From Macrostomum hystrix (Eukaryota > Animalia > Platyhelminthes), in NCBI GenBank assembly GCA_950097015.1, contig CATNEN010000034.1, positions 930,001 to 994,000 on the forward strand: a DNA stretch of 64,000 bases. Direction: 5' to 3'. Shown here piece by piece: positions 24,772 through 45,628 of this stretch; position 1 is the stretch's first letter; every line of letters starts with the position of its first letter. The notes under the pieces were generated by a model. The model had not been told where the DNA came from and did no database searches. It was given only the letters and a program-made list of their open reading frames with translations. A program made the position numbers and the translations under genes.

Positions 24772-24942
24772 GGGTAATGTATGCTCAGCTGGGGTACTGT
24801 ATGCTCAGCTGGGGTAATGTATGCTCAGCTGGGGTAATGTATGCTCAGCTGGGGTAATGTATGCTCAGCTGGGGTAATGTATGCTCAGCTGGGGGAATGT
24901 ATGCTCAGCTGGGGTAATGTATGCTCAGCTGGGGGAATGTAT
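24772..24942. repeat. Minisatellite, 20-bp unit (ggggtaatgtatgctcagct)
   Basis: About 8 tandem copies. Confidence 0.9.
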
Positions 24943-25377
24943 TGGAATACTCATACATTAGAATATGATCAACAATAGATGTCTCTCAAAGGTGTAATAT
25001 CGGGGCAGTTGCTTAGGTCATGCTCATCTCACATCTCTCAGTCTGTTTGTAATAGTCTGATTGTGACAACGGATACTGAGGCGGATTTGAGCAGAGGTAC
25101 GGTCCCCACCTGCATGGGCGCGCTATTAATAGAATGGAGAAAAAACAAGGAAGATAAAGAGACGAGCTTCTCCTTGCTGCTTCTAAAACAAGACAACAGC
25201 AGGACTGGCTGTGTGGGTGGCTTAAATGCGAAGTTAATTGACGCTTTGGCTAATCAGATGCCTCTGTGCTTTAGCCGAATCTAATCTGCTTCGGGTGCAC
25301 GACTCATGTAGAATATGGGAATTCGAGAGCAACTCGCTCAGCACACTTTCTGCCCTGGCTGCAGAGAGAACAGACAG

Positions 25378-26380
25378 CATGAGCAGAGAGGGGAGGGAGA
25401 TAACACGGATGAGCAGAGAGGGGAGGGAAGATAACAGGGATGAGCAGAGAGGGGAGGGAAGATAGCAGGGATGAGCAGAGAGGGGAGAGAAGATAGCAGG
25501 GATGAGCAGAGAGGTGGAGGGAAGATAACAGGGATGAGCAGAGAGGGGAGGGAAGATAACAGGGATGAGCAGAGAGGTGGAGGGAAGATAACAGGGATGA
25601 GCAGAGAGGGGAGGGAAGATAACAGGGATGAGCAGAGAGGGGAGGGAAGATAACAGGGATGAGCAGAGAGGTGGAGGGAAGATAACAGGGATGAGCAGAG
25701 AGGTGGAGGGAAGATAACACGGATGAGCAGAGAGGTGGAGGGAAGATAACACGGATGAGCAGAGAGGTGGAGGGAAGATAACAGGGATGAGCAGAGAGGT
25801 GGAGGGAAGATAACAGGGATGAGCAGAGAGGTGGAGGGAAGATAACAGGGATGAGCAGAGAGGTGGAGGGAAGATAACAGGGATGAGCAGAGAGGTGGAG
25901 GGAAGATAACAGGGATGAGCAGAGAGGTGGAGGGAAGATAACAGGGATGAGCAGAGAGGTGGAGGGAAGATAACACGGATGAGCAGAGAGGTGGAGGGAA
26001 GATAACAGGGATGAGCAGAGAGGTGGAGGGAAGATAACAGGGATGAGCAGAGAGGTGGAGGGAAGATAACAGGGATGAGCAGAGAGGTGGAGGGAAGATA
26101 ACAGGGATGAGCAGAGAGGTGGAGGGAAGATAACACGGATGAGCAGAGAGGTGGAGGGAAGATAACAGGGATGAGCAGAGAGGTGGAGGGAAGATAACAG
26201 GGATGAGCAGAGAGGTGGAGGGAAGATAACACGGATGAGCAGAGAGGTGGAGGGAAGATAACAGGGATGAGCAGAGAGGTGGAGGGAAGATAACAGGGAT
26301 GAGCAGAGAGGTGGAGGGAAGATAACAGGGATGAGCAGAGAGGTGGAGGGAAGATAACAGGGATGAGCAGAGGGGGAGTA
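25378..26380. repeat. Purine-rich minisatellite, 32-bp unit (ggatgagcagagaggtggagggaagataacag)
   Basis: Period is 32. Confidence 0.95.
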
Positions 26381-26969
26381 GAGAGAACAGATGAGATGAG
26401 CTGAGACGAGCGGAAAGTTCCGGTTAATTAGTTGAAAAAAGGCAAATACGATTTAGCAGTTCGGTCACAGTTGTCATCAACAGGATGAATGGTAAGCTAT
26501 ATATTAGTCGACTTTCTTAAATTAAATTGATATATGTATGCATAAATAGAAAAGAAATATATTTCACATGAAATTGGCATTCACTCAGAAAAGCTATATT
26601 AGTGCAATGACAAGTGCTGACAATGACGTGAGGCAAACTGTGAGGTGAGCGTGTAAAGCTGCGGCGAATACAATTGACGCGAAACACAAATAGGGAATAG
26701 GGAAATGGCTAATGGGGTCCGCAAGTCGCTATTCCAATTTAGATTATTTTACTAATCGTTAAAAGTCTAACTTAAGAACTAATACTGGCCATAAACTGTA
26801 GAAAAATAGTTAAACAAAACTTGGTACACAGGTTTTCAAATCAGTTAGACAGGGGATGTTCTTGATTACAGCTGGCAGTAAGATAATAAAATAATGAAAT
26901 TGCTTCAAAGCTTAAGCTTATTCCATTGCACTACTGAGTACTAGCATGAGCCGGGTCAGGAAAATTTGT

Positions 26970-27250
26970 GGTAGGAGGTCAATGGGTCAGGGAGTTCAAT
27001 GGGTCGGGGATTTCAATGGGTCGGGGAGGTCAATGGTTTAGGAAGGTCAAGAGGTCAATGGGTCGGGGAGGTCAATGGGACAGGAAGGTCGAGGAGGTCA
27101 ATGGGTCAGGAAGGTCAATGGTTCAGGAAGGTCAGGGAGGTCAATGGGTTAGGGGGATTAATGGGTCAGGAAGGTCAGGGAGGTCAATGGGTCAGGGAGG
27201 TCAATGGGTCAGGAAGGTCAGGGAGGTCAATGGGTCACGAAAGTCAATGA
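26970..27250. repeat. Degenerate G-rich tandem repeat (ggtcaatgggtcagg(g/a)ag)
   Basis: Repeated ggtcaatggg motif. Confidence 0.75.
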
Positions 27251-27731
27251 GTTCCTGAATGCAATGTGTCAGGGATGGTTTCGCAGGTCAGGATTGACTT
27301 GTGGGGCAATGTAGCCTAATGATGTCAAGTTATTTAAATATGTCAGAATCAATATTTTATATTACATAATATTTATAATGAATCTAGCCGTTAAAATCAA
27401 GAGTTAAATATCTGCGCACGCATAGGCGAATAGAATTAAAACGAAAAGTGCAAAAAAGCTGATAAAACTAACCGAAGGTCACGAAGGCTGTAAGACACCT
27501 CGTTAAATAAGCAAGTACCAATGTGACGCAGACAAGGGGCCTCTGCTAAAATAGTAGATTAAAATGTTTAGAAGCATGCAAGCAAGGATAGGATATTGCA
27601 ACTAGTGCAAAACAGGCCTGTGCAATCTACAAATGGCATTCAGCCACAAGGAGCAGCACGCACTTTATCATTGTGAGACAATGCGAGTACTTGATCAGTG
27701 CGGTGAGCCTGCGAGTCACAACTAGCGATCT

Positions 27732-27779
<48 letters not shown>

Positions 27780-27854
27780 GGCAGACAGACAGGCAGGCAG
27801 ACAGACAGACAGACAGGCAGACAGACAGGCAGACAGACAGGCAGACAGACAGGC

Positions 27855-27923
<69 letters not shown>

Positions 27924-27926
27924 GGC

Positions 27927-27959
<33 letters not shown>

Positions 27960-28115
27960 GGCAGACAGACAGGCAGACAGACAGACAGACAGACAGACAG
28001 GCAGACAGACAGACAGGCAGACAGACAGACAGACAGACAGGCAGGCAGACAGACAGGCAGACAGACAGACAGACAGACAGACAGGCAGACAGACAGGCAG
28101 ACAGACAGACAGACA
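27732..28115. repeat. (GACA)n/(GGCA) microsatellite
   Basis: Seen directly. Confidence 0.97.
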
Positions 28116-29036
28116 GTGGGCAAATAAGCAAAACAAGTGAACGGAAGTACAAATTTAGGCAGCGAAGTTAATAGCGAGCAAGCAAGCAAAAAGTGTGAAT
28201 GGCAGGTACAGGTATGTGGGCAAAAAAAGTAACTAAATTTGAAATAATAATTAAAAAAGACAGACAATATTTCTAAGTAACACAAAAATTGACTTGCATT
28301 GCACTCTTGTTCTCAACAATAGTTATAAAAATAATTAAAATAAAAGTAAAAAAGGATAGGTACACACGACATGCTATGCAATAAACTGGTATTCAACCAC
28401 AAAAAGCCATATAATAAAAGGCCACCTGCCAGGTCTGTTAAAATGTTGTCTCATTGCAATAGTAAATAGAGCAGTAATAATAGCAGGAAATATAAGCAGA
28501 TCATAGTCATCTGTCTACCAGATCTATATTGCACTATGAATAAAATATTTCAATATCTAGACATGTATAAATATTGTAAAATAATCTAAAAACACACACG
28601 CAGGCAGTCAATAAAACTAAATAGAAAGCTGCATAAACACTGGCTTATCATTTGCAATCTGAGGCATATGAACGCTTAAAAACGAACAGAATAAAAATAG
28701 GGACAATAAAGGTCATCATAAATACACGGACTGAAAAAAATCGTTGTTCAGCGTGTCTCTCTGGGTTAATCTAGTCATATTCGATAAAACATATTGCTAA
28801 AAAAACGAAAAACAATTGCGATTCTTGTAAAACAAACTACAAACATCTTTCTATTGACGACAATCATAGTTTCAAAAGTAAACATGTTTACCAATTAAAA
28901 AAATTGTAAAGCTATGCTAACCAATCAAGGTAAGATATAAACTGCGAGGTCAAAAGGATTAAAGCAATTTGTATAATTAACTTTTATTTAGAAATAAAAC
29001 TGGATTGAATAACGTTGTTCATTGACTACGACATAA

Positions 29037-29270
29037 GGGAGCCAATCAGAGCGCTTCAGGAGTAGAACAGTAAAATTTTGGGAGCCAAACAGAGCGCTTC
29101 AGAAGTAGAACAGTAAAATTTTGGGAGCCAATCAGAGCGCTTCAGTAGTAGAACAGTAAAATTTTGGGAGCCAATCAGAGCGCTTCAGTAGTAGAACAGT
29201 AAAATTTTGGGAGCCAATCAGAGCGCTTCAGGAGTAGAACAGTAAAATTTTGTGAGCCAATCAGAGCATT
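29037..29270. repeat. 43-bp tandem repeat with AGCCAATCAG (CCAAT box) per unit
   Basis: Units start at 29039, 29082 (variant CCAAAC), 29125, 29168, 29211 and 29254. Confidence 0.9.
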
Positions 29271-29728
29271 TCAGCGGACAAAAGTAAGGATAATATAATA
29301 ATTCGATCAATGAGAGTGCTAAATCTAGAGCAGTGTCGGACTGAAAGAGCAAGAAAGAACACGATTTTGAGCTTTTTTCTAACAATAATAAATTAAGCAA
29401 GCGGCAATCTGAAATCCTTTCGTGGTGTATCCGCTAACAGACAAAAATGATATGACATTAGAAACATAAAGCATATATATGTGTAAACTGATGCGTCACA
29501 CAGTAGAACTATCATAGAATTATAGTTATTGCACGCATATATTTGTTAATGCCTGGGCGATAGAGTTGGAGAGAGAGTTAGAGTCTTGTGCTCTAAAAAG
29601 GATTCGAACTTGCGACCTACTAGCTCTAGATTGAGAGATAGCAATTTTATCGGTTTAGCACAATGAATCTTGTGGTTCTCCCTAACTCAGGTTTCTATTG
29701 AAGCGACCGTTACAAGCGAGATCCTATC

Positions 29729-35002
<5,274 letters not shown>

Positions 35003-35151
35003 CTGTAAGAACAAGTTGAATTCAAGATACTTTTGATAAGGATTGACAAAATTCTAGCTGCACTGTGACATGCTGCGAGATCAATTACTTGAGAGTTTGG
35101 AGGTACCCAATAATAGGAATATTCCCAACACGATGATGCATTAAGACAAGA

Positions 35152-35955
35152 CAGGCAACCCAAGGAAGCATTGGGAGAGGATGGGCAACCCAAGGAAGCA
35201 TTGGGAGAGGATGGGCAACCCAAGGAAGCATTGGGAGAGGATGGGCAACCCAAGGAAGCATTGAGAGGATGGGCAACCCAAGGATGGATTGAGGATGGAC
35301 AACCCAAGGAAGGATTGAGAGGATGGGCAACCCAAGGAAGCATGAGAGAGGATGGGCAACCCAAGGAAGCATGAGAGAGAATGGGCAACCTAAGGAAGCA
35401 TGAGAGAGGATGGGCAACCCAAGGATGGATTGAGGATGGGCAACCCAAGGAAGCATGAGAGAGGATGGGCAACCCAAGGATGGATTGAGGATGGACAACC
35501 CAAGGAAGGATTGAGAGGATGGGCAACCCAAGGAAGCATGAGAGAGAATGGGCAACCCAAGGAAGCATTGAGAGAGGATAGGCAACCCAAGGAAGCATTG
35601 AGAGAGGATAGGCAACCCAAGGAAGCATTGAGAGAGAATGGGCAACCCAAGGAAGCATGAGAGAGAATGGGCAACCCAAGGAAGCATTGAGAGAGGATAG
35701 GCAACCCAAGGAAGCATTGAGAGAGGATGGGCAACCCAAGGAAGCATTGAGAGAGGATGGGCAACCCAAGGAAGCATTGAGAGAGGATAGGCAACCCAAG
35801 GAAGCATTGAGAGAGGATGGGCAACCCAAGGAAGCATTGAGAGAGGATGGGCAACCCAAAGAAGCATTGAGAGAGGATAGGCAACCCAAGGAAGCATTGA
35901 GAGAGGATGGGCAACCCAAGGAAGCATGAGAGAGAATGGGCAACCCAAGAAGGAT
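35152..35955. repeat. Minisatellite, ~30-bp unit (gggcaacccaaggaagcattgagagaggat)
   Basis: Tandem array directly upstream of the PKC C2 exon. Confidence 0.93.
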
Positions 35956-36459
35956 TGAGCAGTCGGGCAAGTTAGGCATAAGCCAAGTCAAATATGAAGA
36001 TTAAAATCAAGGCTAAGTTTACATGAAGCAAACATTGTTTTTTTACTTATTAAGACTTAAATCCATAGAACCTATGGAAGCTATGCTATCTACAAGAAGC
36101 AAATTATAAAGAAATAAAAGGCCGCACACTTCATGTCGCAATTTGTGTCTCCAAAAAATGCAACAAACAATGTCGTTTCGTTTAACATTTGCGTGAATTA
36201 AAAGAGATATTTCTTTAATTATTTTACACCAAACAAGCCTTCGTACCATCGAGAAACTCTACATTATTCAGCATTATAATATTACGACACGGGCACGCAT
36301 AAATCGCTTCAACAACATTTGACGTATGACGCAAGCAAGACGTATAATGGGGGTACCATTTTTATTTTTATGCCTCATATGTAGAACGAAATGCTCGCAT
36401 TTCTACTGATAGTAGAATTCTGCGAAAGCTGCAAACTAATCCTGCAAATGAATAGAACT

Positions 36460-38755
<2,296 letters not shown>

Positions 38756-39844
38756 TTACATGAACATATTTTTATAATTAGAATGAAGTGCAATGAAGGG
38801 TTTGGAGATGACACTACAATATTTACTTATATTTTAAGCCAACTCACACTAAGAGAACAAAGCAGTAAACTTTTCTTCTATTATGGTATATTTATACTCT
38901 TTGCATCTTTTATTGTGTTCATAGGACAAATATTTTGTGTTACTCAAACAAAATTATTGTTGGTGAAACATAATTGTTACAATAAAACAAAATAGATCAT
39001 TAAAACAATGTTAAAAGTAGAAGATTTCTGAAACATATTAGTGCACCCTGCCATTGTAAATGCCCAATAATTCTGTCTTGCACTACATGATCTGCAGTAT
39101 GGACTATTGGTTAACACCACAAACTGGTTTACTACGATCTAACCAACCATATTTTAGAGAGATGGCATATGCACACTGAAATAAACTTTGATTTTTAACC
39201 TTTATACCTATACTTAATAAATGCAAAAAAATGCACACTAATATATTGTAGGTAGGCTTACACACACATCTTTTCTAGACATTAGTTTCTGAAATTCTGC
39301 ATGAAAGAGTTTATTATAGGCCCAAGTAATGCTAGGTCTATACATTGTAAATTGTAATAATGCTGTTGCATACCAATATGATTGATAGAAAGGATCCACA
39401 AAGCTTGCATAACAAAGTGGACTATTGGTAATGGTCTACTTCTAAGGTAATAACTACTTTAGTAACTAGCAAACACTGCAGTAACAAAATGATCTAATGA
39501 TATAATCTAGTTATATATGACATTTAATGCAAAAAGCTAAATGTTGCAGTATTTTTACACTTTAATTTTATAATCAAGCTGCTTACACATTTATTAGTCT
39601 CCTTATTTATTTAATAGAATTAAAAAAGATAAGAAAGGACAAAAGTGTACAATTGAATTATGTTTTAAATATGGCTATAATATTATATAATATACCATTA
39701 TATACAATATGCCATTCTGATTATTATTTTTTAGCTTTAACTGGTACTTACACATCATGTAAAGTCTGGTTTTGATCCAACTAGTCATGCCACATCATCT
39801 GTACATGGCCAACTATGGAGTTTGAATAGGAGCCAACTAGAGTC

Positions 39845-42500
39845 ATGCCACACGATCAGACGGTGAGAGACTGCAAAGTGCGACACCGACTGCTGGCTCT
39901 GCTGTTGAAGGAGATTGGCGAAGCATTGCTGAAAGACGCTGACTGCAGCAGCAGCAGCCCGGAGCAGCTGGCGGACCACGCCACGGCGCTTGAGAGCATT
40001 GGCGGCAAAGGCACCTTTGCTCCTGCAGATGCAGGAGCAGCTGGCGGACCTGGCTGCCATGGTCACCACCATCAGCAGTCGCAGACAGCGCGGTGCGCAA
40101 GGAAGAGGAGCTTGGGGGAGAGGCAGCAGTCGTGGGAAATGCTTTAACTGCACTCAGCCCGGCCATTTCACGGCCCAGTGCCCCAGGCAGGCTGCGCCAG
40201 ATGTGCCGCCCATGTGCAGCCACTGCTCAGGCAAAAGGGCACTGGGCCGAGGTCTGCCCGACCCTGGCTTTGGGAAACTTCTGAGGACTGGTGACCGCAG
40301 GCCTTGCCTAGCAAGGCCCAAACTGCTTCACTCTTCCTGCCCGGCAGTATCGCAGACCAGCCCTGCAGGTGGCTGTTCGACACAGGCGCGCAGGTGAAGC
40401 TCATATCAGCTGCCCAGTTTCGAGCTCTGGGAGTCACAGCTCAGCTTCATCCACCTCTCAGCACTCCGGTCGGGATCGATGGTCGACGCTTGGAGTCTTC
40501 GGCATGCGCAAACACTGGCCATTCAGCTGGTCAGACTGCTGCCCATGGAGCACCCGGTGACTGTGGTCGCCAACATTCAGCCGGAATGTGTGCTCGGCAT
40601 GGACGCCATCAGCAAGATGTGCTCAACCTTCAGCGTGGATCTCATGTCGTCTTCTGTTCTGCTGGGGTCAACCAGGATCCCAGTCCTGCCGGACAGGAAC
40701 TCTGGTGGACTCCAGCACGGACGACAACCTGCCGGTGGGAGTCTGCAACCTGAGCGCCGACCCGGTGGTGCTCTACCAGAACCAGGCCATCAGCAACTTC
40801 AATGCTGCCAAGCCTCACTGGCCTGACGGTGAAGCTGCAGAGGAGGCCGGCTTCAAAATCAACCCGGAGCTGAGCCGGTCGCAGCGCGAGGTCATCAAAG
40901 CCCTGCTGAACCAGCATGAGCTGGCATTCCCCAGTCACGAGTTCGACCTGGGGACCACGCACCTGCTGCAGCATGAGATCAACCTGGAGCCCGGCAGCTG
41001 CCCCATCAAGCACAGGAAGCGGACATTGCCACTGAACTTCAGACAGCAGGTGGATGACAAGATCAGCAAGATGCTGCGTCACGGGATCATCAAGCTGTCA
41101 TGCTGTCCGTGGGCGAGCAATCTGCTGGTGGTGTGCAAGAAAAACAACGAGATCTGCTCTGCACCAACTAAAGGGCCCTCAATCGTGCACTGTGAAGGAC
41201 GCCTACCCGCTGCCGCCGCTGTCTGTCACTCTGGACACGCTCACTGGCAGCAGCTGGTTCAGCACGCTCAATCTCCGCCAAGGGTTCCTGCAGGTTGAGC
41301 TCCGTGAGCAGGACTGCGATAGAACCGCAAGGTCTGATGCAGTACAGGAAGCTCGGCTTTGGCCTCTACAACGCCACAGGGACCTTCCAGTGCCTGATGG
41401 ACTTGACGATGGCGGGCCTGAACTGGACAGGGGTGCTCACCTACATGGAGGACCTGATCCTGTTCAGCACAACGTTCGAGCAGCATGCGCAGACGCTGAA
41501 GGAGTTACTGGGAAGGCTGCAGTTGGCGGGCCTCGAGCTGAACAAGCACAAGAGCTGCTTCTGCTTCTAGGAGGTCGAGTACCTGGGGCACAAGATTTCG
41601 GCCAATAGGATCCAGCCAACCCAGGACAAGGTCAGCGCCATCCAGTCCACCCCAGCAACAAACATCGAGACTCGCACAGTCGCTGAAGCCATGCTGCGCA
41701 GCGTTGTCCTCCGCCACAGGTCGCCCAAGGTCATCCACTCCGATCAAGGTCGCCAGTTCGAAAGCGACGTCTTCCAAGAGCTGTGCCGGCTGCTCGACAT
41801 TTGCAATACCAGGATGACACCATTCCACCCCAGTGGCAATCCGGTGGTCAAGTGATTCAACCGGATGACACCATTCCACCCCAGTGGCAATCCAGTGGTC
41901 GAGTGATTCAATCAGACTCTGGGCAACATGCTGGCGGCCTACTGCATGGAGCAGAAGGACAGGTGGTGCTGTGGTGGTCGGTCCACAGCACCACCAAGCG
42001 ATCGCCGTACGTGGTGCTACATGGCCGCGACCTCCAAATTGTGGCCAAGCTCAGCCTGCCTGCAGCCGGTGAGAGGCCGGTCGTCACGGACGCGCTGGTG
42101 AACACCCGCGCCGGCCTGCAGCTTGTGCGGTAGCGCCTGTAGTTGATGCAGTGGTCGCGGAAGCAGCAGTACGACAAGCACCAGCACTTCACTCCGTTCC
42201 AAGTCAGCCAGCTGGTGATGCTCAACAACCTGGCGGTGCCGAAGGGCCTATCCAAGGCGCTCTGCCAGCGGTGGTTGCAGCCATACCGTGTGCTTGGGCT
42301 GGGCTCGACCAGCTGAAGGCGTTCATGGCAAGGCAGCCGCAGCCCGCTGTCCCACAGCCCACCGCCAACCCGCCTGCTGCAGAGAGCAACCGGCCGCCCA
42401 GTCCAGCTGCCAACCCGCATGAGACCTGGCAGGAGCTGCTGGACAAACTGGCACCTGCAGGGCCCAAATGCTCGAATTGGACTCGGAGGCAGCCTGATTT
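39845..42500 (+). mobile_element. Degenerate Ty3/Gypsy LTR retrotransposon internal region (gag-PR-RT-deltaRH-IN)
   Basis: Zinc knuckle CFNCTQPGHFTAQC, protease LFDTGAQV, RT remnants (PWASNL, AYPLP, FGLYNATGTFQ, YMEDLILFS), integrase HSDQGRQFES and WLQPYRV. Many frameshifts and stops; no LTRs recognised. Confidence 0.92.
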
Positions 42501-43059
42501 ATTTGTCGCACAAAAAAAAACTCTTTTTTTTGTTCTTCTAAAGCTTGTAGTGCATCATTTTAAGCTGCCTAAAATATTTTGTTTTTAATGTCCTCAATTA
42601 AGGGATCGAGTGATATAAGGTGTGTGGTGATTCATTATTGCATCACGTCATAAGTTAGCTTCGTAAATTATGCAATGCAATGTACACTCTCTGGTGTACA
42701 TCGCCAAATATAAAGGTGCTCACTTAAGGCTTTAGTCACCTTGTGTTTTCTCGGTTCTCATGTAAGTCTTGCCTTCTGACTTAGTTTACAAGAGCATTGG
42801 ATATGCCATTCAATTTCCGAAATTTCTTCCTAGCATAGGCCCACATCCCCATGCCTTTAACTGTCCCATCATTTGGTTCCACAAAGCAGAGGTGATTGAT
42901 CACCATAGACTCTATATGATGTATAGGCAGTAATTCAAACAAAAAATGTGAAAAAAAAACTAAAATTTGGCCCAAGATATCTATATCAATTTAGGTTCAA
43001 ATTGTCACAGACAGAAGAGAAATGTACTAAATGCACAAAGCTGTAATATTTTATTGTAT

Positions 43060-43255
43060 GCATACATGCGCAACCTCCCAAATCTTAGCCAGCCATGCGA
43101 CTTAGTTTTTGCTCTCATTTGTGACTTAGTTCGTTTCATTGCTCTATTTACGACTTAGTTTGCTCTCATTTGCTCTCTTTTTCTCTCCCCTTTTTCCTTT
43201 TCTTCACACCTTCCTTTTTTGTCCCTTGGTCCCCCCTTTGATTTTTTTGCGCTTG
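43060..43255. repeat. Dispersed repeat; inverted copy at about 62950-63110
   Basis: The reverse complement of ..tttgtcccttggtcccccctttgattttt matches aaaaatcaaagggggaccaagagacaaaa, and the flanks also match. Confidence 0.8.
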
Positions 43256-45317
43256 GTTGATTGGTTTTTGCGACTTACCTTGCTTGGCCCTTGTTTCACC
43301 CGGCCAGGTGTTGTGCATGTATGATTGTATGTAAAAGATTTGGCCCACTAAATAGTTTTAATTTGTGTAACAATTTCTACTGTAAAGTTATTAAATCAAT
43401 CTGTCAATTAATCCTATTAAGTCATTAATCCTATAGCTAAAGCAGCTATTATTAAAGTGATTGCTTTTTACTAAAGTGCCTAAAGTGGATTGTAGGCCTA
43501 TTCATAGAAAGATACAGAGTATTTGGAGGGCCAATATTTAAAGTTCCACTAGCTGGGTGTACCTAATATATTAATATTAAATATATATTTATAATATAAT
43601 AGATACAGCATAATAACATGTCTAGAATTTTTTATTCTAAACTACTAAACAAAGCTGTACTATCTACGTTTAACAAATATTGTCAGATGGACAGATTAAT
43701 GACGGTTGGCCACCTAAACTAGTCAAATCCAAAAGCTTCTCTAACTTTTAAGTGAAACTGGCAACAGTTTGATACAGTCAGTTATTAGAGCGAAGAGCGA
43801 TACCTGAAAAACAATCAATCAGACAAATTGAATTCCGTCAGCCAATCGTATTAGAATATAGAAGAGGCTAAATTGTGAAAAATATTCAAGCAAAACAATA
43901 CTGTGCATACAAGTAACTGTTTTCTATCTATCTAGACACTAGACTTAAGTTAATTTTATTCGTTTAAATTTCAGCTTTCCACTTTACGAAATATTCTTAG
44001 AAACACATCGTTGCAACAAAAGTCATGTATTAACTTATAATGGCACATATATATATGTACATTGTACGAATAATTTTTAGTCCATCTTTCCTCACGGGTA
44101 AAAAATAGGTAAAAAATCAGCACTGCAGTTCAATTATAATATATACTTCTACGAGCTTCAGTTGTCGTTTACTATATTGCTCGCCCCTGTTATTTCATTC
44201 TGTAGCTTTATCAGTTAATTAATCTGCATTCTACACACCGTTTATAGATAGTTTTAGAAAGTAGGCGTTTATCACACATGAGCAGAATATTTATGCGCTG
44301 ACTTTCGTGAGTTTTTCCCTCCGTAAAAGACGCACATGTTATACGCGTATCAACACTGCAGCAGTTATAAAAACGCACGCATCGATACGCTGCGCAAATA
44401 AATGCCGCATGCACCAATGCGTTTTATACGCTGTTCATCTGCATGAGCACTGACTGGGCAAAGTCCTGGGCGGTTCGTTTCACCAACAATTATACGTCAT
44501 ATTGATATAATTAACAGTTAGCAGGCGCCTGTGGCGCTGTTAAGCGATCAGATTTTGACAGCATATGGCCCTTTCATGCATGCGAAATTTAGCGTCGTCG
44601 GATACCCTAACTGCATGTGATGGCGGGTCACAACGATGGGTGATGTGTCGATCCCAAACCGAAGGACCGAAGCGCTCAGGCCGCGGGCTGATTGCTCCAT
44701 TTGACCAAGCCGTATAAACAGGCCCGACGTGAACGGGATCTCACGCACCCCCACAGGAAGTACTGCTGCTCACACTCACTGTGCTGAAACGCAGATTTTA
44801 TGCAGGTTTTATTACCTGACGAATCCAAGCACATTCGTGGGGTCGGTGCAGAAGCAGCAGCTGGCAGCTCGGCTATCAGGAACTACTACGTTGGACGCTG
44901 GAGGCTATCAGGAAACTGGCGCCTCGAGCGTGCGTGACGCATATGGTTCTGGTCTCTATGCACGATATCCCCATTAACACTAGCGTACGTGTGGGATCCG
45001 GCACTGAGCCGAACAATGGGCTGGCAAATCGGTAGGCTGCACTCAGATCTGGATCTATACCTGTTCAATCGATGACTATAAAATTTTAGATACCTGTGTT
45101 AATTCGCTCTCCTTCTGCTAGAGCCATGTCCATCATCTGAGACTTTCCGGTTAAGACTATTTGGTGACGTTGTCGAATTAAACATATGTTTTGCAGTCAC
45201 CTATAAAATTTATACAGCTGCCCCATTAGGCTATAGTCTCTTTAACCCTCCAATCTACCTACCTAGGTCATTACCTAATGGCCAAGACGAGGATTGAGTT
45301 GCTGCTAAATTACGAGC

Positions 45318-45628
45318 TAATAATAACAAATTCATTACACCTGCCCTGATTTGGTCATATGTGCAGACGACAGCACGGCCGCAGCTATTACGCGGCACAT
45401 CTGCAGGCTGCGTACGGCTGTTCAGTCCATGGACTGGCGGGACGCCAGACCCGCCTTCAATTACCCCAGCTAATTTCGGTACCTATTTAACAGCTGGTTA
45501 AGCTGAAGCAATTCATAGTTAAGTGTCTTGCTAAAGGAGGACACAAATTGTTCCAGTAGAGTCGGGACTCGAACCCCGACCTTTTCAGTCATGATCAGTC
45601 CGACGCTCTAACCATTATATAGGCTACC
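45318..45628 (-). mobile_element. tRNA-derived SINE family B, near full length
   Basis: The reverse complement begins ggtagcctatataatggttagagcg (A-box) and contains ggttcgagtccc (B-box), a conserved central block (agcaagacacttaac..cagctgttaaataggtacc) and a TTA-like tail. Three copies occur in the window. Confidence 0.8.

Noticed and set aside
24979-25370. Exon-like ORFs upstream of the IR gene
   Set aside because: No recognisable motif or consistent splice partners.
29590-29665. B-box-like ggattcgaac segment
   Set aside because: Too degenerate to assign to a tRNA or either SINE family.
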